Positions 1 to 11,644 of a DNA stretch of 64,000 nucleotides are shown in pieces. Position numbers and translations under genes: made by a program. Position 1 is the first letter of the stretch, and each line of letters begins with the position of its first letter. The notes under the pieces are model-generated. The model did not search any database, was not told where the DNA came from, and saw only the letters and a list, made by a program, of their open reading frames with translations. This DNA comes from Salinivirgaceae bacterium. GTDB taxonomy: Bacteria > Bacteroidota > Bacteroidia > Bacteroidales > SZUA-534. The DNA lies in NCBI GenBank assembly GCA_024405635.1, contig JAKSOL010000007.1, positions 63,981 through 127,980 on the forward strand, in the 5' to 3' direction.

Positions 1-419
1 CTCGTTATCCGTCTGATCCAGCAACGCGTTCGCAAATAGGTCAGTGGTATTTCGATTTGGCAGCAATGATGATAGAGGAGCATATTGAACAATCTGGCCA
101 TTTGCTAACCATTCGCAACAAGATTGACGAGGTTTTTGATTTTCACCAGTATTTGCTAACCAATAAAAAAGAAGGTGCGTATCAGCTTGAATTTGAGCAA
201 GTTTGTCCGATTTTGTGTGAATTGCAAGCTAAGCAAACAAGTGAGCAAACCGACCTTATGGTGGCGCTAAACGCCATTTATGGCATTGTGTTGCTCAAAA
301 TGCAAAACAAAACAGTGTCAGCAGAAACCTTGTCGGCTATTACACAACTTTCCAAATGGATTGGAACACTATCGCTTCGGTTTAAAGAATATGAGGAAGG
401 CGAGTTTAAATTAGAATAG
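1..419 (+). CDS. DUF4924-like conserved Bacteroidota protein, 5'-truncated by the window edge
   Basis: Frame is open from position 3 (RYPSD...QWYFDLAAMMIEEHIEQSGHL); the WY..L..MM..E....GHL motif is typical of the family. Confidence 0.6.
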   Translation, partial: RYPSDPATRSQIGQWYFDLAAMMIEEHIEQSGHLLTIRNKIDEVFDFHQYLLTNKKEGAYQLEFEQVCPILCELQAKQTSEQTDLMVALNAIYGIVLLKMQNKTVSAETLSAITQLSKWIGTLSLRFKEYEEGEFKLE

Positions 420-3039
420 TACCACCTCGCATTTGCTCCTTTTCTTCTTTGTTCCGAACAATATTACGAACACCAATCACAAGCACATCGTCAATTTGTT
501 CACGACTGCCTTTCCATTCTTCAAAGGTGTTTTTGAGTAGGTCGCGTTGCTCATTCATAGATAAATCGTAGTTGTCAACAATCAGTTGTTTTAGCCTTTT
601 TGCCATAAATTTCATACCGTTGTCGCCACCAAATTGGTCTTGGTAGCCATCGGAGAATATGTAGAACGTGTCGCCATCCTTAAAAGGATATGTATGGTTT
701 GTGTATTCTTCGGTTGAAGTGTTTGTGATGTTGCAAGTGATAGGAATTTTGTTTCCTTTAAGTTCAATCAGCTCTTTGTTCTGGAACAAAAACATTGGTC
801 GCATTGCTCCAGCAAATTCTAAGGTTTCAGTATCAGCATCAATTACTGCAAGGGCAATATCCATACCATCGTTGTGGTTTTCGTGCACGCTACCGCCTTT
901 TAACGATATTTTGATTTTTCGGTTTAAGTGTTTAAGAATTGTTGCAGGCTCGTATATGCCGTTGTGAATTATAATAGAGTTGAGTAGGTAGTTGCCCACA
1001 ATTGACATAAAGGCACCCGGTACTCCATGACCAGTACAATCAACAGCTGCAATAAAGTATTTGTTGTTAATGCGGTGGTACCAATAAAAATCGCCACTAA
1101 CAATGTCTTTGGGCATAAATAGAACAAAACTTTCGGGGAATTCGCGCTGTAGATGCGAAATTTTGGGCATTAGGGCTGTTTGTATGCGTTTTGCATACTT
1201 TATACTTCCAAAAATCTCTTCTTGTTTTAATTCAAGTTCTTCTTTTTGTCGCAAAGCATTGTTACGTTGTTTTTCTGATTCGCGTTTTTGAACTTCAATT
1301 CGGGTTTCGTAAGTTTTTAGCGATGTTATGTCAGTTTCAATTGAAATAATAATCTTAACCCGGTTGTTTTTGTCCATTACAGGGGTTAATGTTGTTTGTG
1401 TCCATTTAGATTCATTACCATTTGGGTCTTTGTATTCGGTTTCATAATCTTGGTGCATTTTTTCGCGAATACATGTAGGTAATACCAATTGAAGTTCTTT
1501 GTTTTTTATCACATCAAGAATATTCATTGGATGTCCTGATTTGTAGGTTTCCAAACTCATATTCATGTGGCGTGAGAATTGCGAGTTAAACCATGTTATG
1601 GTTCCGTCGGTTTTAAAAATGGCTATACTATTTTGTGTTTTGTCGGTTACTTGAGTTACTTGCTCAAGGGCTATTGTTCGTTGCTCAAGTATCTCTTTTT
1701 GCGCTCTAAGCAACTCTCGTTGGTCAAGCAGGTCGTTGCGTTGTTTGGTAACCAAATCGTGTTGTAGACGAATTTCTTCTTTTTGGCGGTTAATAGTATC
1801 GGTGCGCTCTTTTGTGTTTTGAGCAACGGTTTTGTTCATGTTTAGCACTTTTTGGCGCGATGCATGAAAGTTGTCAAAATACACATATACAATAAATATC
1901 ATTACTAGTACAGTTGCTATTGTTGTGTGTTCTGTGCCTTCTACTGGAGTACCAAATGTTTCGCAAATCAATGGCCACAAAATCAATATGTGTATGGTTA
2001 TTAAAACTCCAAGTTTAATATAGTAGTCAGGATTTTTTTGTTTGTAATTGTATGCTGCAACTGTTAATAGGAAAAGCGATAACAATTCAAGTAATAGAGT
2101 AGGATGTATCATAACTCTATAGGGCAACACCAACGACACCAACGACACAATCAATCCTAATGTAATGGTAGTATATCCAACTTTACGTGAAAACTTTTGG
2201 TCTGGGTCAACCATGCACATTGTAATAAAGTAGTTGATTAGCAACAAACTGAGCATGAATAAGAATGTGCGTATAATAGTTAATGTTGCTGTGGGCGAGG
2301 TTATTATGTTGCTTATTATGCACGGGTGCTGGCTTAAAAGCATGGTTAACGAACCTAAAACCAAAGCAACAAATCCCGAAGTGCTTGCTGTTCGTTCAGC
2401 CCAAAGCATGTTTATCGATAGCCATAACTCAACAAACAATATCCAAAACAATCCACCTATCAGTAATTCATGTTTATTGGTCTTGTGTAAATATTCCTTA
2501 AACGATGTAAGGCTTATTTTAGTTGTTTGTGAGTATGGTAGATTTGAAATGCGAGCAGCGTATGTATATTCTGTTTTTGATTCAATGCTAAAATTTACAT
2601 CAAAGTAATCTGATGGAATAGGGCGAGTTATAAATGGTTTTGTGCAACCAGTTTTTATAACGCCATGAAATTTAGTTGAGTAAAATTCAACATTACTCAA
2701 AAAACTATTTTTTAAACGCCAAACCAACGATTGGGCAACATTCGATTCGTTGCGAATGGTTACAAAAACCCAATATGTTTTGTTGTTTTGAACAGTAAAC
2801 ATTGGTTCGCTTAACAATGTGCAGTTCCTTAAATTGCTATCGGCTATAACCTGTTGAAAGGTCATTGTGTCGGTAGGGTCGTAAAACAAAAATGCTTCCT
2901 CTTCTAAACTCAAATTACCATCAAAATAGTAAAGTGAATCTATTACAATGTCGCATCGGCCTACTAGTGCCGAACAAATAAATATGCCTAATAAAAGGCT
3001 TTTGATGGCTATTTGTTTTAGTTTTTCTATTAGTTGCAT
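406..3039 (-). CDS. 7TM-DISM sensor / PAS / SpoIIE (PP2C-type) phosphatase
   Basis: 877 aa: extracellular N-domain, 7 hydrophobic helices, coiled coil, PAS-like region, C-terminal PKDIVSGDFYW, DCTGHGVPGAFMS, DGMD, FSDGYQDQFGG and QIDDVLV motifs. Confidence 0.9.
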   Translation of the reverse strand: MQLIEKLKQIAIKSLLLGIFICSALVGRCDIVIDSLYYFDGNLSLEEEAFLFYDPTDTMTFQQVIADSNLRNCTLLSEPMFTVQNNKTYWVFVTIRNESNVAQSLVWRLKNSFLSNVEFYSTKFHGVIKTGCTKPFITRPIPSDYFDVNFSIESKTEYTYAARISNLPYSQTTKISLTSFKEYLHKTNKHELLIGGLFWILFVELWLSINMLWAERTASTSGFVALVLGSLTMLLSQHPCIISNIITSPTATLTIIRTFLFMLSLLLINYFITMCMVDPDQKFSRKVGYTTITLGLIVSLVSLVLPYRVMIHPTLLLELLSLFLLTVAAYNYKQKNPDYYIKLGVLITIHILILWPLICETFGTPVEGTEHTTIATVLVMIFIVYVYFDNFHASRQKVLNMNKTVAQNTKERTDTINRQKEEIRLQHDLVTKQRNDLLDQRELLRAQKEILEQRTIALEQVTQVTDKTQNSIAIFKTDGTITWFNSQFSRHMNMSLETYKSGHPMNILDVIKNKELQLVLPTCIREKMHQDYETEYKDPNGNESKWTQTTLTPVMDKNNRVKIIISIETDITSLKTYETRIEVQKRESEKQRNNALRQKEELELKQEEIFGSIKYAKRIQTALMPKISHLQREFPESFVLFMPKDIVSGDFYWYHRINNKYFIAAVDCTGHGVPGAFMSIVGNYLLNSIIIHNGIYEPATILKHLNRKIKISLKGGSVHENHNDGMDIALAVIDADTETLEFAGAMRPMFLFQNKELIELKGNKIPITCNITNTSTEEYTNHTYPFKDGDTFYIFSDGYQDQFGGDNGMKFMAKRLKQLIVDNYDLSMNEQRDLLKNTFEEWKGSREQIDDVLVIGVRNIVRNKEEKEQMRGGTILI

Positions 3040-3044
3040 CTCTT

Positions 3045-5036
3045 TTATCGGTTTTTATAGGCTGTTATTCCACTATTTAAATATTCTATAAATGCATCAA
3101 CATTTAAGTTATATCCGCGTGGTTCTGCCAATAGGTTTTCGTCAGCGTCAAGCAGGCAGTAGTATGGTTGAGCATTTATGTTGAATTTGCTCACTTGAAT
3201 ATCGGAATTGACTTTGCCTATTGTGGTTTTCATTTTTCCATCGTAGTCAGATTTTTTCCAATCTTGTTCATCAAGTTCGGTTTTGTCGTCAACGTATAGT
3301 TCAACTATTATGTAGTTGTCTGTCAATGTTTTAAGTACTCGGCTGTCTGACCATACACGAGCTTCCATCTCGCGACAGTTTACGCATCCGTGACCTGTAA
3401 AACTTACAAACAAAGGTTTGTTTTGTTTGCGTGCACAATTTAGTGCTTGCTCATAGTCAAAATATCCTTGTAAACCATGTGGTAAATGCAATATGTTGGC
3501 ATATTTTGGATTTTCGCACAAATCAAATGTTTTACCATTGCTTTGTAGTGTAGTTTGTTGTACAAAGTCCATTGTTGACATTGGAGGTAAATATCCAGCT
3601 AGTGCTTTTAATGGAGCGCCCCACATGCCAGGAATTAAGTAAACCACAAATGCAAATGTGACAATTGATGTAAATAATCGGCCAACCGATAGCTTCTCAA
3701 TTGATTCATCATCGTTTGGTAGTTTTATCTTTCCAATTAGATAAAGTCCTAATAACGAGAAAATTACAATCCATAAAGCAATGTAAACTTCGCGGTCAAG
3801 AATGCCCCAATGGTATGTTTGGTCGGCTACGCTTAAAAATTTTAAACCAAGTGCCAATTCAATAAACCCAAGCACTACTTTAATAGTGTTTAACCAACTT
3901 CCTGATTTTGGTAGTTTATTTAACCAACTAGGAAAAAAAGCAAACAAAGTAAATGGTAGTGCAAATGCTACAGAAAAGGCAATCATTGTAATTATTGGTT
4001 CCCAAATGTCGCCACGAGTCGATTCAACTATAATTGTTCCAACAATTGGTCCTGTGCACGAGAACGAAACCAATACTAAAGTTGCTGCCATAAAAAATAC
4101 ACCAAGCAATCCGCCTTTATCTGCGTTTTGGTCGGCTTTGTTAACTAACCAACTTGGTAATGTAATTTCAAATGCACCTAAAAATGATGCAGCAAACACC
4201 ATAAAAATTACAAAAAACAACACATTTGGTAGCCAATGGGTTGATATCCAATTAAAAATATCAGCAGTAATAGATTGACCTCCAATAAAATATGTTGCAA
4301 GTATTATAATTGCTATGGGTAAGGTGTATAATGCTACGATTGACAAACCGTATGCCGATGCATTTAATCTGCTCTGTGATTTGCTTTTGCTATTTCGTAT
4401 AAAAAACGAAACTGTCATTGGTATCATTGGAAATACGCAAGGTGTTAACAGTGCTGCAAATCCCCAAAGAATAGCTTCAAGTATTATTTTCCATAAAGTT
4501 GACAAGCTGCGCGTTGTTGCCGCTTCTATCTCTTTTTCAGTAGTTTGTTCGCTTATGTCTTCTGCTTGAAAAATGCTGAAAACTTTTTCACCATTTGTGC
4601 ATAGTTCGTCGTTGCATGCTTGATAATTTACTGTTACAGTTGCTGTAGGATTTTTTGTACTAACCTTTATTTGTTGTACAAACACTGCTGTTTGTGAAAA
4701 GTAGTAGGTCATTACATTGGCTATTTTGTCCATTTCGGCAATAGCTTTGCTAACTTCTATCACCGAATCAATAAGTTCAACTCCATTACCAACTGAAAAT
4801 TCAAATTGCGTAGGTAGAACATAATTGCCTTCTGGCAACGATTGAGCATAAATGTGCCAACCTTTGTCAATGTTAGCAGTCAATTTTAATTCATAAGTTG
4901 AATCGGATGTCTGTTTGCAGCTTTTTTGCCATTTAACGGGCTCAATTAGTTGTGCTTTGGCTGCAATCGATAGCAATAGTACCAATGTTACAAGTGCTAT
5001 TTGCTTTATATATGTTCTCATATATCTATATTTCAA
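3045..5036 (-). CDS. dsbD: DsbD-family thiol:disulfide interchange protein
   Basis: N-terminal DsbC-like domain (GWHIY, QACNDELC), TM domain with LTPCVFPMIP and SFSCTGP, C-terminal thioredoxin GCVNCR. Confidence 0.9.
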   Translation of the reverse strand: MKYRYMRTYIKQIALVTLVLLLSIAAKAQLIEPVKWQKSCKQTSDSTYELKLTANIDKGWHIYAQSLPEGNYVLPTQFEFSVGNGVELIDSVIEVSKAIAEMDKIANVMTYYFSQTAVFVQQIKVSTKNPTATVTVNYQACNDELCTNGEKVFSIFQAEDISEQTTEKEIEAATTRSLSTLWKIILEAILWGFAALLTPCVFPMIPMTVSFFIRNSKSKSQSRLNASAYGLSIVALYTLPIAIIILATYFIGGQSITADIFNWISTHWLPNVLFFVIFMVFAASFLGAFEITLPSWLVNKADQNADKGGLLGVFFMAATLVLVSFSCTGPIVGTIIVESTRGDIWEPIITMIAFSVAFALPFTLFAFFPSWLNKLPKSGSWLNTIKVVLGFIELALGLKFLSVADQTYHWGILDREVYIALWIVIFSLLGLYLIGKIKLPNDDESIEKLSVGRLFTSIVTFAFVVYLIPGMWGAPLKALAGYLPPMSTMDFVQQTTLQSNGKTFDLCENPKYANILHLPHGLQGYFDYEQALNCARKQNKPLFVSFTGHGCVNCREMEARVWSDSRVLKTLTDNYIIVELYVDDKTELDEQDWKKSDYDGKMKTTIGKVNSDIQVSKFNINAQPYYCLLDADENLLAEPRGYNLNVDAFIEYLNSGITAYKNR

Positions 5037-5118
5037 AATCTTTGTTCCGAAATATAGTAAATAGCTTGCTAAACGCGTTGATTTTGGGGCATAAAAAAAC
5101 GCAACGGTAAATGCTGCG

Positions 5119-6669
5119 TTACAAGTATATTTTTTCGTTCTTTTTATCCAAGAAATTGAACTCTAGGAAAGTATTTGCTATTGAAGGGATAACTCGTAAG
5201 CGATGTAAGTATCGCATTTTCCAACGCATCTTTATTGAAAACAAACCTTTGTTTAGATAAGCTGCAATAAATGGGTGAACAACAAGGTTCACTCGTTTGT
5301 TTTTATAGTTTGTTAAGCCCCATCGAATAATATTTTCCAATTCGTCAACAATAAGGAATGGGGGAGTAACTTCGCCAGTTCCGTTGCACGAAGGGCATTT
5401 TTCGGTAGTGTGTACCTTTGTTTCAGGGCGCACACGTTGGCGAGTTATTTGTATTAGTCCAAATTTACTCAATGGCAGAACGTGATGACGTGCGCGGTCG
5501 CCTGCCATACATTCTTTCATGTATTCGTATAGTTTCTGCTTGTTTTCAGCAGTGTGCATATCAATAAAGTCAATAACAATGATGCCGCCCATATCGCGCA
5601 ACCTAAGTTGGCGAGCAATCTCAGCTGCAGCAATCATGTTAACATCAATTGCATTATCTTCTTGATTGATATTGTTTTGTGTCCGGTTGCCAGAGTTTAC
5701 ATCAATTACGTGCAGTGCCTCAGTGTGCTCAATTACCAAGTATGCACCTTTTTGCATTACTACAACCTTGCCAAATAGTGTTTTAATCTGTTTTTCAAGG
5801 CCAAAATGGTCAAAAATTGGTTGTCCTTTATCGTAGAACTTTACAATTTTTTCTTGCTCAGGAGCAATAGCGTGGATGTAGTTATAGGCTTCCTCAAAAA
5901 TCTTCTTGTCGTTTGTGTAAATGCTATTAAAGTCGGGGCTGAATGAGTCTCGTAGCATTGATGTTGTACGATCAAGTTCGCCAATCACCAATTTTGGTGG
6001 GGTCGATTTTCTAATAATGTTAAAGGCATTTTCCCATTTTTCAACCAATTCGCGTAATTCTGCGTCAAGGTCTGAAATTCGACAATTTTCAGCAACTGTA
6101 CGTACAATTACACCATAGTTTTTAGGTTTAACACTTTCAATCATTTGGTGTAAGTGTTTCTTAACCTCGTCGCTTTTTATTTTTTGTGAAATAGAAACTC
6201 TGTTTGAAAATGGAATTAGTACCAAATTTCGCCCAGCTATTGATATTTCAGAAGTTAGTCTTGGGCCTTTGGTTGAAATGGGTTCTTTTGCTATCTGCAC
6301 TAGGATTAGTTGACCTTCTTTAAGTACTTGATTTATTTTCCCGTGCTTGTCGATGTCTGGAGCCAATTCGAGATTGTTGATTGATACAGGCCAATTCTTG
6401 CGCGATATAACGTTCTGAAGGTGGTCGTTCAACGATTTGAATTGGGGACCAAGGTCAAGGTAGTGTAGAAAAGCATCTTTTTCATAACCAACATTTACAA
6501 ACGCTGCATTCAGCCCAGGCATAACCTTTTTTACCTTAGCTAAATAGATATCACCAACCGCGTAATTGAAGTTAGTTTTTTCGCGGTTAAGTTCTACCAG
6601 TCGTTTGTCTTCCATAAGTGCAATTACAACCTCGCTTGGAGTTGAATTGATCACTAGTTCTTTATTCAC
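5119..6669 (-). CDS. rng: Ribonuclease E/G family
   Basis: S1 domain (GDIYLAKVKKVMPGLNAAFV), IDVNSG, EIARQLRLRDMGGIIVIDFIDM, CPSCNGTG zinc link. Confidence 0.95.
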   Translation of the reverse strand: MNKELVINSTPSEVVIALMEDKRLVELNREKTNFNYAVGDIYLAKVKKVMPGLNAAFVNVGYEKDAFLHYLDLGPQFKSLNDHLQNVISRKNWPVSINNLELAPDIDKHGKINQVLKEGQLILVQIAKEPISTKGPRLTSEISIAGRNLVLIPFSNRVSISQKIKSDEVKKHLHQMIESVKPKNYGVIVRTVAENCRISDLDAELRELVEKWENAFNIIRKSTPPKLVIGELDRTTSMLRDSFSPDFNSIYTNDKKIFEEAYNYIHAIAPEQEKIVKFYDKGQPIFDHFGLEKQIKTLFGKVVVMQKGAYLVIEHTEALHVIDVNSGNRTQNNINQEDNAIDVNMIAAAEIARQLRLRDMGGIIVIDFIDMHTAENKQKLYEYMKECMAGDRARHHVLPLSKFGLIQITRQRVRPETKVHTTEKCPSCNGTGEVTPPFLIVDELENIIRWGLTNYKNKRVNLVVHPFIAAYLNKGLFSIKMRWKMRYLHRLRVIPSIANTFLEFNFLDKKNEKIYL

Positions 6670-6819
6670 AATGTTGATTATTGATGGTTACGTTTCTATC
6701 AAAAAATGCTGATTGCTAAATTGATAGAAAGTTAGAGTTTTTGTTTGTTGCATAAAAAAACAATAAACCTTGAGAGGCCTAGCTCCGAAGGTTTATTGCT
6801 TGAAAAGTTAATTAACTAA

Positions 6820-6909
6820 TTAGCTTTTTTTGTGGCGATTCTTGCGCAAACGTTTTTTACGTTTGTGAGTAGCCATTTTATGTCTTTTGTGTTTTTTACC
6901 GTTTGGCAT
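6820..6909 (-). CDS. Small basic ribosomal protein bS22 (AURKAIP1/COX24-like), 29 aa; absent from the ORF track
   Basis: Hand translation MPNGKKHKRHKMATHKRKKRLRKNRHKKS*; lies between HU and RNase E/G. Confidence 0.8.
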   Translation of the reverse strand: MPNGKKHKRHKMATHKRKKRLRKNRHKKS

Positions 6910-6929
6910 AGTTGTATATTTTTAAATGA

Positions 6930-7214
6930 TTATTTTTTTACGCTTTTTACTTTAACTGAGAAAGTTTTAGCTGGCTTAAATGATGGAATTGAGTGCTCAG
7001 GGATAATCAAAGTTGTGTTCTTTGAAATATTGCGTGCTGTTTTTTGAGCTCTTGTTTTTACAACAAAACTACCAAAACCTCTTAAGTATACGTTTTCTCC
7101 TTTTTCCAACGAAGCTTTGATTGAGTTCATGAAAGCCTCTACTGATTTTTGTACTGTTACTTTCTCGATGCCTGTGTGTCTCGAGATTTCGTTAACGATG
7201 TCTGCTTTTGTCAT
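6930..7214 (-). CDS. hup: HU/IHF-family DNA-binding protein
   Basis: MTKADIV...VYLRGFGSF...ARNI...PSFKPAK. Confidence 0.9.
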   Translation of the reverse strand: MTKADIVNEISRHTGIEKVTVQKSVEAFMNSIKASLEKGENVYLRGFGSFVVKTRAQKTARNISKNTTLIIPEHSIPSFKPAKTFSVKVKSVKK

Positions 7215-7413
7215 AGCTAAATCTTTTTATAATCAATAATTTAAGTTTTCCTCAAATGAGACCGCAAATATAGAGATTGAATAATGAACTCAAAACAAAA
7301 ACTCAAAAAAAAAATCTTAAAATTTTCACTATTAAATGGATGCGTTTTTGCCTTATATATTATTGCGTAAATATGGTTTTTATGAGGTGTTGTGTGTGTT
7401 TTATATTGCTTAA

Positions 7414-7749
7414 TTACAACATGTCTTTAACTTCTTTTAGCATGTCGCGAATCGATTCAAGCGAGCGAATGACTTCAAAGTTATTTATGGTGTCCTCTTT
7501 GTTGTCTTTTAGCTTTTTCTTAGCACCGTCAAGTGTGAGCCCGCGTTCTTTTACAAGGTGGTAAATAATGCCAAAGTTGTTTACATCGTTTTGAGTAAAC
7601 ATGCGGTTGCCTTTTTTGTTTCTTTGTGGTTTAATGACATCAAATTCGCGCTCCCAATATCTTATTAGCGAGGCATTTACGTTAAACATGTCGGCTATTT
7701 CACCAATGGTGAAGAATAGCTTTTCTGTGGGTTGTTCTTTATATGGCAT
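7414..7749 (-). CDS. MerR-family HTH regulator
   Basis: FTIGEIADMFNVNASLIRYWEREF...KGNRMF. Confidence 0.9.
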   Translation of the reverse strand: MPYKEQPTEKLFFTIGEIADMFNVNASLIRYWEREFDVIKPQRNKKGNRMFTQNDVNNFGIIYHLVKERGLTLDGAKKKLKDNKEDTINNFEVIRSLESIRDMLKEVKDML

Positions 7750-7761
7750 AATAAATAGGTA

Positions 7762-8733
7762 TTAGTCAAAACTCATTGTCATTTGGCTTGATGCGTTTAT
7801 CATCTCGTCGTATTCCTCTGGTGTGAGGTCTGCATAGTAGTAGTTTACTGGGTTTTCGGTTTTGTCATTTTTTCGTACTTCGTAGTGTAAGTGTGGTGCT
7901 GTTGAACGTCCAGTGTTGCCAACTTCGCCAATTATATCGCCGCGCTTAACTTTTTTGCCCACTTTAACATATGTATCGTTAAGATGTGCGTATAATGTTT
8001 TGTATCCAAAACCGTGGTCTATTATTACTTTTTTACCATAGCCACCGCTTGAAAATCCTGCACTAACAACAACACCATCGCCTGTAGCGTGAACTTGTGT
8101 GCCAACTGGTGCTGTAAGGTCAATGCCGTTGTGCATTTTTAGTGTGCGGTATATTGGGTGTATTCTGTATCCAAAACCCGATGCAAATCGAGTTAGGTTT
8201 TTGTCTGAAATGGGAGATATAGCAGGTATTGATTTTAAATACTGTTCTTTTTCTTGTATCATTTTCATAACCTCGCTATACGATTCGGTTTGAGTTACAA
8301 TTTTGTGCGTTAATCCGTCAATTTTGCTGGCTGTTTCAACCAATAGTTCTGAATTCGAAAGTTCTGATAAGTCTTTGTAAGGATCAACGCCTCCATGTCC
8401 TCCTTGTTTTTGGTCGTCTGTCATGGGGTCAATACCAAATATTAAGCGATAAATATTGTTGTCGTGCTTTTGAATCTCGTCCATGCTTTGCTCTAAGGTC
8501 TTTAATTTTTGGTTCAAAATGTTGTATTGGGCCAAAAGCTCTTTATTCTCGCGTTTTTGATATTTCTCTGCAGGTGTGTCAAAAAAGAATGAGAAAACAA
8601 ATACTATGAGGCATGAAATAGAAAAAAGTATCAGCACATTTTTGAAAAATCGGAGTACACGTTGCTTGCCTGTAACTACAATTTCTTCGTAGCTAAGGTT
8701 ATCGGGGTTGAATTTGTACTTGATTTTTGACAT
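7762..8733 (-). CDS. M23 family metallopeptidase
   Basis: N-terminal TM and coiled coil; HNGID, YAHL and PHLHYEV motifs. Confidence 0.92.
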   Translation of the reverse strand: MSKIKYKFNPDNLSYEEIVVTGKQRVLRFFKNVLILFSISCLIVFVFSFFFDTPAEKYQKRENKELLAQYNILNQKLKTLEQSMDEIQKHDNNIYRLIFGIDPMTDDQKQGGHGGVDPYKDLSELSNSELLVETASKIDGLTHKIVTQTESYSEVMKMIQEKEQYLKSIPAISPISDKNLTRFASGFGYRIHPIYRTLKMHNGIDLTAPVGTQVHATGDGVVVSAGFSSGGYGKKVIIDHGFGYKTLYAHLNDTYVKVGKKVKRGDIIGEVGNTGRSTAPHLHYEVRKNDKTENPVNYYYADLTPEEYDEMINASSQMTMSFD

Positions 8734-8827
8734 TTTCTTAACGTTTGACAGGCAAAACTAATGAAAAAAGATATTTTTGCAATCTTTTTGAGAAAGTAAA
8801 ATACATAACAACGATAATTGTAACTTT

Positions 8828-11437
8828 ATGAATTCTAAAGAGATACGTAACACCTTTAAGGAGTTTTTCGCATCAAAACAACACCAAATTGTGAGCAGTG
8901 CTCCAATGGTTGTGAAAGGTGACCCTACGTTGATGTTCACCAACGCAGGTATGAACCAATTTAAAGACATCTTTTTGGGCATATCGCCTCGTAAATGGCC
9001 TCGTGTTGCAAACAGCCAAAAATGTTTGCGCGTTTCAGGTAAGCATAACGACTTGGAGGAGGTTGGTCACGACACCTACCACCATACAATGTTTGAAATG
9101 CTTGGAAACTGGTCGTTTGGCGATTACTTTAAAGAGGAGGCAATTGCTTGGGCATGGGAGTTGTTAACCGAAGTGTATAAACTTCCTGTCGATCGCTTGT
9201 ATGCTACTGTGTTTGAGGGCGATGAGTCTGAAAACCTTGCGCTTGATACTGAGGCTGAAAACTTTTGGTTAAAATATCTTCCTCGCGAACGTGTTATTCA
9301 TGGCAACAAACATGATAACTTTTGGGAGATGGGCGCTACAGGTCCTTGCGGTCCTTGCTCTGAAATTCATATTGACTTGCGCGACGATTCGGAACGCGAA
9401 AAAATTCCAGGCCGTGAGTTGGTTAACCAAAGCAACCCTCAAGTGATTGAAATTTGGAACCTTGTGTTTATGCAATATAACCGCAAGGCCGACGGCTCGC
9501 TTGAATTGCTACCTCACAAACATGTTGATACCGGTATGGGTTTTGAACGCTTGTGCATGGCTTTGCAAGGCAAAAAATCAAACTACGATACCGATGTTTT
9601 TCAGCCTATAATTAAAGCTATTGGTAAACTTTGCGGTTGTGAGTATGGAAAATCGGAACAAGTTGACGTTGCAATGCGTGTGGTTGCTGACCACTTGCGT
9701 ACCATTGCATTCTCAATTACCGATGGCCAGTTGCCTTCAAACGCTAAAGCTGGTTACGTTATTCGCCGAATTTTGCGTCGTGCTGTTCGTTATGGATACA
9801 CATTCTTGGGCCAACGTAACTCGTTTATGTATAAGTTATTGCCTGCTTTGATTGATAATATGGGCGATGCTTATCCTGAACTTGGATTGCAAAAAAACTT
9901 GGTTGAAAAAGTGATGAAAGAGGAGGAAGATGCATTTCTTCGTACACTCGAAACTGGTATTAAATTGCTTGACAAGGTGATGGCAGAAACTAAAGCTGCT
10001 GGTAAAACACAAATTACAGGTGTAGAGGCATTTACATTGTACGATACCTTCGGTTTTCCTCTCGATTTAACAGAACTGATTCTTCGCGAAAATGGATTGA
10101 CCGTTAATCAAGAAGAATTTGATGCTGAAATGCAAAAGCAAAAAGACCGTGCTCGAAATGCTGCATCAATTGAAACTGGCGATTGGGTTGAACTGAAAGA
10201 GGGCGAGAGTGAGTTTGTTGGCTATGATGTACTTGATGTTGATGTTGAGGTACTTCGTTACCGCAAAATCAAACAAAAGAACAAAGAGTTGTTCCAAATA
10301 GTACTTAATCGTACTCCTTTCTATGCTGAAATGGGTGGTCAGTTGGGCGATACTGGTTATCTTGAGAGCGAAGATGGTCGTATTGACATTATTGACACCA
10401 AGAAAGAAAACAACTTGAGTGTGCATTATGCTGAAAAAATGCCAGCAGATCCAACTGTTTCGTTCCGCGCAGTGGTTGATACCGAAAAACGTGAACAAAC
10501 AACTTGCAACCATACTGCAACTCACTTGTTGCACTATGCATTGCGTCAAGTGCTAGGTACTCATGTTGAGCAAAAAGGATCTTTGGTATCGCCTAATAGT
10601 TTGCGTTTCGATTTCTCGCATTTCCAAAAAGTAACAGACGAAGAGTTGCGCCAAGTTGAGATTATTGCAAACAAACTAGTTCGCGAAGATTTGCCACTTG
10701 ACGAGGCTCGTAATATGCCAATTGACCAAGCAAAGGCAATGGGAGCAATGGCATTGTTTGGTGAAAAATATGGCGATTCGGTTCGAGTTATAAAATATGG
10801 CCCATCGGTTGAACTTTGCGGTGGTACTCACGTAGCATCAACTGGTCACATAGGTTCAATTCGTATTTTGGCCGAAAGTTCTGTTGCTGCAGGTGTTCGC
10901 CGTATTGAGGCTGTTACAGCTGCCAAAGCTGACGAAGTTTTTTACGCATCTCAAGATATTCACCGCAACATTAAAGCTTTGTTCAATAACACACCAAATC
11001 TTGAGCAAACAATACGCAAAGCTCTTGACGAAAACGTTGAATTGAAAAAGCAGATTGAGGAATTTATGGCCGAAAAAGCTAAAGCAGTAAAAGACGAGAT
11101 TCTTGCTAAAGCTGAAATTAAAAATGGAGTGAAATTGGTAGTGCTTAAAGGCATTTATCCTGCCGATTTTGTTAAAAATGTTGCATTCCAAATTCGCGGA
11201 CAAGAGAAAAACGCAACAGCATTTATTGCTGCAACCGTTGATACAGAAAAACCATTAATTACTGTTGCTTTGAGCGACGATCTTGTTGTTGCTGGTAAAA
11301 ATGCAACAAATATGATTCGTAGCGTTGCCAAAGAAATTCAAGGTGGTGGCGGTGGTCAACCTTTCTTTGCGACTGCGGGCGGTAAAAATGCATCAGGTCT
11401 TGAAACTGCATTAAAAATGCTTGTTGAGTCAATTTAA
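8828..11437 (+). CDS. alaS: Alanine--tRNA ligase
   Basis: [33 protein letters not shown], editing-site NHTATHLL and ELCGGTH, C-terminal GGGGG. Confidence 0.99.
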   Translation: MNSKEIRNTFKEFFASKQHQIVSSAPMVVKGDPTLMFTNAGMNQFKDIFLGISPRKWPRVANSQKCLRVSGKHNDLEEVGHDTYHHTMFEMLGNWSFGDYFKEEAIAWAWELLTEVYKLPVDRLYATVFEGDESENLALDTEAENFWLKYLPRERVIHGNKHDNFWEMGATGPCGPCSEIHIDLRDDSEREKIPGRELVNQSNPQVIEIWNLVFMQYNRKADGSLELLPHKHVDTGMGFERLCMALQGKKSNYDTDVFQPIIKAIGKLCGCEYGKSEQVDVAMRVVADHLRTIAFSITDGQLPSNAKAGYVIRRILRRAVRYGYTFLGQRNSFMYKLLPALIDNMGDAYPELGLQKNLVEKVMKEEEDAFLRTLETGIKLLDKVMAETKAAGKTQITGVEAFTLYDTFGFPLDLTELILRENGLTVNQEEFDAEMQKQKDRARNAASIETGDWVELKEGESEFVGYDVLDVDVEVLRYRKIKQKNKELFQIVLNRTPFYAEMGGQLGDTGYLESEDGRIDIIDTKKENNLSVHYAEKMPADPTVSFRAVVDTEKREQTTCNHTATHLLHYALRQVLGTHVEQKGSLVSPNSLRFDFSHFQKVTDEELRQVEIIANKLVREDLPLDEARNMPIDQAKAMGAMALFGEKYGDSVRVIKYGPSVELCGGTHVASTGHIGSIRILAESSVAAGVRRIEAVTAAKADEVFYASQDIHRNIKALFNNTPNLEQTIRKALDENVELKKQIEEFMAEKAKAVKDEILAKAEIKNGVKLVVLKGIYPADFVKNVAFQIRGQEKNATAFIAATVDTEKPLITVALSDDLVVAGKNATNMIRSVAKEIQGGGGGQPFFATAGGKNASGLETALKMLVESI

Positions 11438-11456
11438 TTAGGTTTTGTTTTTATAT

Positions 11457-11486
11457 AAAAAGCGAGCAGAAATGTTCGCTTTTTTT
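11457..11486 (+). terminator. Intrinsic terminator after alaS
   Basis: AAAAAGCGAGCA-GAAA-TGTTCGCTTTTTTT hairpin plus U-tract. Confidence 0.75.
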
Positions 11487-11644
11487 GTTTTAGTAGGGTT
11501 CTCTTTAGCAAAAAAGCCGCCTCGCAATTGAGACGGCTTTTAGCAACTTTACAAAAACCTATTTATGAAAAAAACTTATGAAGCAGATTGTATTATTTCT
11601 TCATTTGAACAAGACAAAGATACGGCGGTAAAAAACAGCAAAGA